Below the pieces are notes generated by a model. It worked only from the letters and a program-made list of their open reading frames with translations. It made no database searches and was not told where the DNA came from. 64,000 nt of DNA from Novipirellula aureliae (GTDB lineage: Bacteria > Planctomycetota > Planctomycetia > Pirellulales > Pirellulaceae). Shown here piece by piece: positions 58,701-64,000 of the stretch. Both the position numbers and the translations under genes were made by a program. Location of the stretch: assembly GCF_007860185.1 (NCBI RefSeq), contig NZ_SJPY01000002.1, positions 252,374-316,373 of the forward strand, in the 5' to 3' direction. The stretch's first letter is position 1. Every line of letters starts with the position of its first letter.

Positions 58701-59111
58701 ACCGCCCGATCCAACGCCGTCACCAACCGCTTCGACCGGGACCGCTTCGACCGGCTCCGCGTCGACGGCAACCGCTTCGACCGGAACCGCTTCGGCAAAC
58801 GGCTCAGCCTCGACCGCTTCGGCTTCGGCAAACACATCGTCACCACTACCGTCAGAGGCGATCGCTAGATCGTCCATACCACCTGCAACGGCCACCGCCC
58901 CGTCCGCTTCCTCGTATTCACCTTCGCGAATTTCGCTGATCAGTTTCGTAGCTTGAAAACGTGTCAATTGACCATTGTCGACCAACAACTTGGCAACCGC
59001 CTCGGGGGTCACGCGAGTTCCTTGGTCCAACTGCTCTCGAAGAGCTTCGATAATTTCCTGATCGAGCAACCCACGGCGTTCGAGCCGATCGATCAATTCG
59101 TTAGCAAGCAT
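55716..59111 (-). CDS. giant PQQ-like beta-propeller repeat protein with N-terminal cytoplasmic domain and TM anchor
   Basis: 1131 aa. Acidic low-complexity stretch (EAVPVEAVAVDAEPVEAVPVEAV), one TM helix (IYGFAGIIILLLLSGYGLYSLL), TPR-like helical region. Then more than 10 PQQ/BamB-type blades, each with an A-x-D-x-x-T/S-G-x-x-x-W signature (DGETGNLKWRKFVG; DADSGETNWATMIP; DAKTGKEIWQTDVG; DPASGELIGQSDIG). Confidence 0.6.
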   Translation of the reverse strand: MLANELIDRLERRGLLDQEIIEALREQLDQGTRVTPEAVAKLLVDNGQLTRFQATKLISEIREGEYEEADGAVAVAGGMDDLAIASDGSGDDVFAEAEAVEAEPFAEAVPVEAVAVDAEPVEAVPVEAVGDGVGSGGSRPVRSRPKPPEHKSVWDSFKIYGFAGIIILLLLSGYGLYSLLTRQSADEYIGEANTLYDQQNFVPAQERYNGFLEAYGDTHQFSSIAKTRLVMIELYRAETMTDPTVALDLAKEKLPTIENELGLNDERANLAALLVDIAENIANAASEAEDTPEKEQLLGRLAEQMELMDNPNYITGSLRTSLAARIQTVEETRDRVRRDINRNVRLDESVAAMQSALDAKNTKEAYDVRFELLREFPELGDDKRLSQLIQSASQIQKTLVKPATDLPQVVDASEVDDSTESIVLTTVTGGKALDLSDQILYLDAGGAVLAFDGETGNLKWRKFVGYGQGHLPVRVEGGSGVLLSESKKLEVQRFNGEDGVLRWRTRIGEPFSEPNAVRDDVYVASVSGRLAVLDADSGETNWATMIPQPLDAGPGVDPRTARAYQPGNHSNLYVLNTRDGSCLESYYVGHAEGAIAVAPVPLMEHLFVFENAGTDFARVHILALDESGESLKPAQAPIRLTGNVKIKPLVQGRRVIVLTDLGQVVVIEVEPTAEREKVSIVAEQVATYDRPTNTQMAVSKSQMWVTGTRIGRYELQINTGRVVQDWFKHEADNFIGEPFASDDTLVHARVLRGTSAIRMTAADAKTGKEIWQTDVGVPVAMITPYPANQSYHAITTQATLFEINRESLQTGSTKGPIENPGGSGVAMRFENPIKVDENVYVMLNQNGSGEIIVYDPDRRREKLRRLQLGLGAGKPTAHVGGSDPGGKDVGGGAIISGGGLLVPLSTGRVVLMDYETGIMLGSPFQPAAAPESTVVWSVPVTLPNDPDQVVIADSRKKIYRLRAGEQVNELASKDIQTPLLGPAAVVGGVYVGTTSGPAADFLVGYDLSSLNEAFRILLDGRAVWGPVQAGDECLLRTSDGKLRAYDSKGKQRFELDAPAGDPVAAPVRVGDVMVLAGKPGWIIAYDPASGELIGQSDIGQPLSAAPVAVGNRLLVPGAEGLIYITDVPATR

Positions 59112-59142
59112 GTTTTGTATTAGTTAGTATTGGATGAAAAGG

Positions 59143-59380
59143 TGTAGTAGGCGAGTCTCTCCGAGACTCGTAATGTATCGTAGTAGGCGAGTCTCTCCGA
59201 GACTCGCAATTTCAGCGTCTCAATTTCAGCGTCTCAGTTTCAGCGTCTCAATTTCAGCGTCTCAATTTCAGCGTCTCAATTTCAGCGTCTCGGAGAGACG
59301 CTGCTACTGTTCAGCGTCTCGATTTCAGCGTCTCGGAGAGACGCTGCTACTGTTCAGCGTCTTGGAGGGACGCTGCGACG
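59143..59380. repeat. composite repeat block: 35-bp unit x2 (GTAGTAGGCGAGTCTCTCCGAGACTCG), 14-bp microsatellite (AATTTCAGCGTCTC) x6, and two copies of CAGCGTCTCGGAGAGACGCTGCTACTGTT
   Basis: Read directly. The last element is the reverse complement of the GTAGCAGCGTCTCTCCGAGACGCTG core of the 19237 array. Lies between the PQQ-protein start and the ExbD stop. Confidence 0.9.
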
Positions 59381-59386
59381 GATTGG

Positions 59387-60163
59387 CTAATCAAAACCGT
59401 CGACTTGGGTGACGGAGATGTCGACAAACCCGGCGATCGTGCCCGCGTCCATCGCGTCCACGAGGAATTGCAGCTTGGCCATTTCGTGAACCTTAATGGC
59501 CAACTTCATGCCCTCCGAGCCATTGGTCATCGCCTGTTTCAGGGCAATCGTCAAATTCTGTTTTCCTGGTGTCTCCCTTTCCCAATCATTTGCCATAACC
59601 AAGAAGGAACCTCGTTCATCGATTTGCACATCGACCTTGTCAAGATCTTCGTCTTCATTGGAAACGTTAAAGCTTGCCTCATCACTTTGTTGACGCGGCA
59701 CTTCGATCGACTTTTGCAAACTAAAACTGGCCGTCACCATAAAGAAGATCAATAACAAGAACGTCACGTCGACCATCGGTGTCATGTCGAGTTCATCGTC
59801 ATCGCGAGGCTTCCGCTTGGGAATCGCATCGCTATCGTCGTCTTCCCAGACCGCTGGGGAGATGGGTTCTGGCATGATCTCGGCTTTTCCCGATGCCGAG
59901 CCCGATGAGGACATTGAAGCTTGCTCAAGCGGAACGGCTTCGACTGCGATTGCTTCGGCGGGCATGACATCGACAGGCAAAGCTTCAAAGTACTCCGTTT
60001 CGATCATATCGTCACTCGAGTCGACTTCGATGACGGCATCGTCCGCTTCGGGGACGTGGATCGCTGTTTCACAATTCGAGCATCGGACACGCCGACCAGC
60101 CAAGCGGGCATTGACACGAAGTAGGCTTCCGCACTGAATACATTTGACTTCGATCGCCGACAT
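59387..60163 (-). CDS. exbD: ExbD/TolR-family biopolymer transport protein with N-terminal zinc-ribbon
   Basis: N-terminal C-x2-C...C-x2-C (CIQCGSLLRVNARLAGRRVRCSNC). Acidic linker, then the canonical ExbD TM plus periplasmic domain (DMTPMVDVTFLLLIFFMVTASF). Confidence 0.7.
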   Translation of the reverse strand: MSAIEVKCIQCGSLLRVNARLAGRRVRCSNCETAIHVPEADDAVIEVDSSDDMIETEYFEALPVDVMPAEAIAVEAVPLEQASMSSSGSASGKAEIMPEPISPAVWEDDDSDAIPKRKPRDDDELDMTPMVDVTFLLLIFFMVTASFSLQKSIEVPRQQSDEASFNVSNEDEDLDKVDVQIDERGSFLVMANDWERETPGKQNLTIALKQAMTNGSEGMKLAIKVHEMAKLQFLVDAMDAGTIAGFVDISVTQVDGFD

Positions 60164-60165
60164 CG

Positions 60166-60672
60166 TTATTGCTCCTTGACTGCCACGTAGGTGGATTCAA
60201 TATCTTCAAAGGAATCGCCGATTATTTTCTGCACTCGTGTTACCTGGCCAACTTTCACATCTTTGTCTCCCATAATCATCACATGGTTTTTATTACGTCC
60301 TTGAGACTTCTCGAGTTCACTGGTGACGTATTCGACGATCTCGGACGCTTGCGTTGCTTCGTCGCGACTGAATTCGGTCCCATCGAGCCGTTCGACAATC
60401 GCGTCCTCACCCGCCCCTGGCTTGATGAAGATTACGGCCGAGTCTTTTGCTGAAATGGCCAATGCGTTATCCGCTTCAGGAATCGAGCCAATTTGTGTGG
60501 GGTCCATTTTCGAGGCGACGACAAAGAAGATGAGCAGCAAGAATGTGATGTCGATCATCGGCGTGATGTCCATTTCCTCGTCATCACGCTTCTTGCGAGG
60601 CAGCATCACCTCCTCTTCTTCTTCTACGTCCACATCGACTGCGTCATTGTTGGTCGGATTTGCGGTACTCAT
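60166..60672 (-). CDS. exbD: ExbD/TolR-family biopolymer transport protein
   Basis: MDITPMIDITFLLLIFFVVASK signature. 168 aa. 2-bp gap to the downstream exbD. Confidence 0.8.
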   Translation of the reverse strand: MSTANPTNNDAVDVDVEEEEEVMLPRKKRDDEEMDITPMIDITFLLLIFFVVASKMDPTQIGSIPEADNALAISAKDSAVIFIKPGAGEDAIVERLDGTEFSRDEATQASEIVEYVTSELEKSQGRNKNHVMIMGDKDVKVGQVTRVQKIIGDSFEDIESTYVAVKEQ

Positions 60673-60683
60673 GTCAGGCTCCC

Positions 60684-61415
60684 TTATCGTTGGGGCGATT
60701 GCATTGCTGACGCCATTTGCGGGTCGGTCGCCGCAGCAGCAGGCCGAGCGGACACCGCTTGACCACCGACCGCACCGCCAGCCAAAGCTTCACGATAAAT
60801 CGACATAAACCGACCAAGCCCCGAGCCGACCAAGTCTTCCATCTTGGCGATTTTGATATTCACATTGGCGGTCAAAATCATCAATGGAATCGCGATCGCC
60901 AAACCGCAGGCGGTCGTTCGAAGAGCGATATTAATGTCACCAGCCAAGTCGGATGGGTTGACGGACGCCGAAGACGCCAACGTGTTGAACGCCCCCATCA
61001 TCCCAAACACCGTCCCGAACAGCCCGATCATCGGTGCCGCCTTGATGACCGTACTGACCCAGCTCAACCGATACTCGAGATCGCTCATCACGTCACGCTG
61101 GAAGCGGTCCATGACAAATTGGCGAGCCCGCTTGTAGCCGAGGTCGCGATGGTGCATCGACATTTCGACAATTTGTGGGATCGCCCGCGCGTCGCCTTCA
61201 CAGTACTCCGCAACCCCCTCAAAATCGCGGTCGGTGACCATTTGTTCAACGTCATCCATGAAGACATCCTGCTCGTCCTCACTCTTGAACCGTTTCTGAC
61301 TCACGCGAGTCCAGACGACAACAATACAGTAAAGTCCCCACAACGCAGCCCCGGCCAACGCACCGTAGGTGGCTTGTGAGATGATATCGAAAACAGAAAT
61401 TTCAGCGAACAGCAT
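60684..61415 (-). CDS. exbB: MotA/TolQ/ExbB proton-channel family protein
   Basis: Three TM helices with the conserved APMIGLFGTVFGMMGAF segment and C-terminal TM. 243 aa. Confidence 0.8.
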   Translation of the reverse strand: MLFAEISVFDIISQATYGALAGAALWGLYCIVVVWTRVSQKRFKSEDEQDVFMDDVEQMVTDRDFEGVAEYCEGDARAIPQIVEMSMHHRDLGYKRARQFVMDRFQRDVMSDLEYRLSWVSTVIKAAPMIGLFGTVFGMMGAFNTLASSASVNPSDLAGDINIALRTTACGLAIAIPLMILTANVNIKIAKMEDLVGSGLGRFMSIYREALAGGAVGGQAVSARPAAAATDPQMASAMQSPQR

Positions 61416-61592
61416 CGGTTACTCGTGTGGATTAGGTCCGTAAGAATGGTCATGGTGGAGGTAGTGTAGTATCTTTCTACCTAGAATCACCAAAAGCGGG
61501 CATGATTTCCAGCACTATCCTAACCGATTACGAATATTTATGGGGTGAGGGTGCGACAAGATTTCACGCCGTATCGAAAAAAAGGTTTAGCC

Positions 61593-62043
61593 TAGTAGCG
61601 GCGTCTCTCCGAGACGCCGAACACAGGCCAGCCCAGTAGCGGCGCCTCTCCGAGACGCCGAACACAGGTCAGCCCAGTAGCGGCGTCTCGCCGAGACGCC
61701 GAACACAGGTCAGCCCAGTAGCGGCGTCTCGCCGAGACGCCGAACAAAAGGTCAACCCAGTAGCGGCGCCTCTCCGAGACGCCGAACACAGGCCAACCCA
61801 GTAGCGGCGTCTCGCCGAGACGCCGAACAAAAGGCCAACCCAGTAGCGGCGTCTCGCCGAGACGCCGAACACAGGTCAGCCCAGTAGCGGCGTCTCGCCG
61901 AGACGCCGAACAAAAGGTCAGCCCAGTAGCGGCGCCTCGCCGAGACGCCGAACACAGGTCAGCCCAGTAGCGGCGTCTCGCCGAGACGCCGAACACAGGC
62001 CAACCCAGTAGCGGCGTCTCGCCGAGACGCCGAACAAAAGGTG
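61593..62043. repeat. 41/42-bp tandem repeat x~11 (AGTAGCGGCGTCTCGCCGAGACGCCGAACA[C/A]A[G/A]G[T/C]CA[G/A]CCC)
   Basis: Eleven head-to-tail copies with 3-4 variant positions per unit. Each carries the GCGTCTC(G/T)CCGAGACGC palindrome. There are no unique spacers, so this is a minisatellite, not a CRISPR array. Confidence 0.9.
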
Positions 62044-62292
62044 CAATAGGCCCCCCGTCTGTCGTACCTAAACCGACAGGCTCGAAGCCTATCCCACACT
62101 CTTATCCTACGCTCTTATCCTACGTTGAGGTTCATTTAGCAAAACCCCATCCTGGCTTGGGCCTTCATCAGACCCAACGGACGATTGCAAAATGCAAAAG
62201 GGGAATTTGCAAAATGCGAAAGGGAAGACGCGAGGTCTGGAGAGCATTGTTCAAATTGCAATGTTCAAATTGCCATTTGCAATCCTCTATCC

Positions 62293-63234
62293 TTAGCGTC
62301 TTGGTTTTCGGTAGCGTTGGCTGGTGACCACGAATTTAAAACCGCTTCCATCCGGCTCGCTTTCAAAGATGGTCTTGGCGATTTCTTTTACCGTATCGTG
62401 TCCATTGGCCTTGGCGTATTGCATTTCGGTCTGCTCGAGCAATCCTTCCAAGTTCTCAGGGATAAACTTCAGGATTTGCCGGCCAGGCAGAGGGATCCCC
62501 GCTTTTTGTAGCAATTGGCGGTCATATTGCAATAGCGGTCCTGGCGTGGTCCACATGAAATAGAGACGCTTCTCATTCTCGGTATCGACAATACGGTACT
62601 TCTGAGGGCTTCCCGCCAAATTTTTTGCCGTATCAACGCCCTGGATCGATCCGCCGAGCGCTCCGAGTTCAATCTTGTAAAAATCAAGCTGGGTTGCATA
62701 CCCATTGATATTCTTGGCACTAAACTTCAGTTGCCAGCGTTCGGCACGCGGAATGATGTCCTCACCCTCTCCCAACGGTCCCGGAGGTCGACTATCCCCT
62801 TTTCCGTCCGTTGCCGAAAAGTTGGTAGCACTGACCGTCGCCGCCACGCTACTGACCGCATTGGTGACCGCCATAATGTTTTCTTCGAGTGTCGGTTCCA
62901 GCAATTCCTCGACCTCTTCGGCGGCAGGCGGATCGAAGTCTCGCTCGGTTCCCTCGGCATTCGGGCCTCGGCCCGCCGCATTCTCGATCGACGGTTTGAT
63001 CGGCTTAGGCGGGAATTCAAAACGCGTAAACAACCAAACCAGGAACAACATCAAAACGAAGGTCCCGATGAACAAAATCAACGACAGGAACAGACTGGTG
63101 ACAATATCAAAACGGCTTGTACGCAGTTTTTGACGCTCTTGGAGCCGCTCAAGCCGCCGCTGTTCGAGTTCAGCGGGTGTGGCTGAATCGGCTGGGACCG
63201 TATCAGACGATGATTTATCAGCGACCGACGACAT
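62293..63234 (-). CDS. hypothetical single-pass membrane protein (paralog 1 of a tandem pair)
   Basis: 313 aa. Polar N-terminus, one TM helix (IVTSLFLSLILFIGTFVLMLFLVWLF), proline-rich linker, conserved C-terminal ~160-aa domain (ERWQLKF...YFMWTTPGPLLQYD...QRYRKP). That domain is ~70% identical to the next gene. Confidence 0.5.
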   Translation of the reverse strand: MSSVADKSSSDTVPADSATPAELEQRRLERLQERQKLRTSRFDIVTSLFLSLILFIGTFVLMLFLVWLFTRFEFPPKPIKPSIENAAGRGPNAEGTERDFDPPAAEEVEELLEPTLEENIMAVTNAVSSVAATVSATNFSATDGKGDSRPPGPLGEGEDIIPRAERWQLKFSAKNINGYATQLDFYKIELGALGGSIQGVDTAKNLAGSPQKYRIVDTENEKRLYFMWTTPGPLLQYDRQLLQKAGIPLPGRQILKFIPENLEGLLEQTEMQYAKANGHDTVKEIAKTIFESEPDGSGFKFVVTSQRYRKPRR

Positions 63235-63443
63235 GGGGGAAGAACCTTCCGAACGAGAGACAATCCTATTAGCAAATGATGATTCTGTTCAATTGTAACG
63301 TATCGCAGAGGCCAACGCCAAGACTTTCGCAAGCAAAGGACGGTAAAAACCGTATCCTAGTGCTTGGTCACCGCTTAATTTCAGGCTTGGCAAAAGAGTG
63401 GCTGGGGCTGGAAACCAAATCATCGAATAACAGCTTCTCTCAA

Positions 63444-64000
63444 TCAACGGCTTGGTTTTCGATAGCGTTGATCAACGACTTCGAATTGATAACCGCCACC
63501 GTCGGGCTGGCTTTCAAAAACCGTCTTAGCAATCTCTTCAACGCTCGATCGCCCATTGGCTTTGGCATACTCCATCTCGGTCTGTGCCAACTGGGCCTCC
63601 AAGTTTTCTGGAACGAACTTTAGGATCATGCGTCCTGGCAGCGGAATGCCCGCTTTTTGTAGCAATTGTTTGTCGTACTGTAGAAGCGGCCCAGGAGTGG
63701 TCCACATGAAATACAAACGTTTTTCGTTTTCCGTATCAACGATTCGAGCTTTCTGCGGGCTTCCCGCCAGGCTCTTGACCGTATCGACGCCCTGGATCGA
63801 GCCTCCGATTGCCCCCAGTTCGATTTGAAAAAAATCGAGCTGGGAGGTATACCCGTCAATATTGTTGGCATTGAACTTCAGTTGCCATCGTTCAAAGCGA
63901 GGGACAATATCGTTCCACTCGCCCACGGGTCCGGACGGTCCGCTGTCGGTGTAGCCATCGATGGGTGAATCGTTTACCGCACCGACGGTCGCCTTGGTAC
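63444..64000 (-). CDS. hypothetical membrane-associated protein (paralog 2, truncated at the 5' end by the window edge)
   Basis: The C-terminal domain aligns with paralog 1 (RFERWQLKFNANNIDGYTSQLDFFQIELGAIGGSIQGVD ... YFMWTTPGPLLQYDKQLLQKAGIPLPGR). The reading frame stays open upstream to the window end; the track's start at 63926 is GTG and homology to paralog 1 continues before it. Confidence 0.5.
   Translation of the reverse strand, partial: TKATVGAVNDSPIDGYTDSGPSGPVGEWNDIVPRFERWQLKFNANNIDGYTSQLDFFQIELGAIGGSIQGVDTVKSLAGSPQKARIVDTENEKRLYFMWTTPGPLLQYDKQLLQKAGIPLPGRMILKFVPENLEAQLAQTEMEYAKANGRSSVEEIAKTVFESQPDGGGYQFEVVDQRYRKPSR

Noticed and set aside
59134-59412. 92-aa plus-strand ORF and 61592-61996 minus-strand ORFs translating the repeat arrays (…SASQFQRLNFSV…, …VSARRRYW…)
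   Set aside because: The reading frames exist only because the tandem repeats lack stops. The translated products are periodic copies of the repeat unit with no protein-like features.
61593-62043. Regularly spaced ~41-bp repeats that at first glance resemble a CRISPR array
   Set aside because: The whole 41/42-bp unit repeats head-to-tail with only point variants. There are no unique spacers between repeats and no cas genes in the window. This is a minisatellite of the palindrome family, not a CRISPR array.

Overview
This is a high-GC (~55%) chromosomal segment. Its gene content looks planctomycete (Pirellulaceae-like): DUF1080 hydrolase, a giant PQQ beta-propeller protein, an ExbB/ExbD cluster, several very large envelope proteins and many signal-peptide proteins. 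I can support roughly 45 protein-coding genes and no rRNA, tRNA or CRISPR array.

Housekeeping genes:
- cdsA (5'-truncated at the window edge) and plsC
- argG
- nnrD (NAD(P)H-hydrate dehydratase)
- ribF
- an NrnA-like DHH phosphoesterase
- thrS
- lepA
- hisH
- pfk
- an ArfB-like GGQ protein

Accessory and envelope modules:
1. LarB and LarE homologs (nickel-pincer cofactor synthesis) at two separate loci. LarE overlaps a Ser/Thr kinase by 4 bp.
2. A minus-strand operon NfeD/YqiJ-like -> flotillin (SPFH) -> 1,745-aa MoxR/AAA_5-type AAA+ protein. This is my best candidate for an undescribed system.
3. A MucR/Ros zinc-finger protein fused to about seven homing-endonuclease-associated repeats.
4. 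An operon of GAF-HlyD, HlyD and an M50 metalloprotease-HlyD fusion, followed by arfB.
5. A Mla/MCE-type transporter (MlaE, MCE, lipoprotein) whose ABC ATPase partner has lost all catalytic motifs.
6. An exopolysaccharide/O-antigen-type cluster: Wzy-like protein, two GT4 glycosyltransferases, a Wzx-like flippase and two SAM methyltransferases.
7. An ExbB-ExbD-ExbD cluster (one ExbD has an N-terminal zinc ribbon), followed by tandem paralogs of an unknown membrane protein.

The window is unusually dense in tandem and dispersed repeats:
- A GTAGC(A/G)GCGTCTC(T/G)CCGAGACGC palindrome family occurs at four loci. One of them is a 36-bp in-frame insertion, five copies long, inside the GAF-HlyD coding sequence.
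- A GTGGCTGGGGC...GCCCCAG...GGAAGCCACAGC hairpin family occurs as a 68-bp x3 array plus three solo copies.
- An 81-bp x5 hairpin array sits between thrS and a glycosyltransferase.
- A GCCTGGACTCCAA motif family occurs at four loci.
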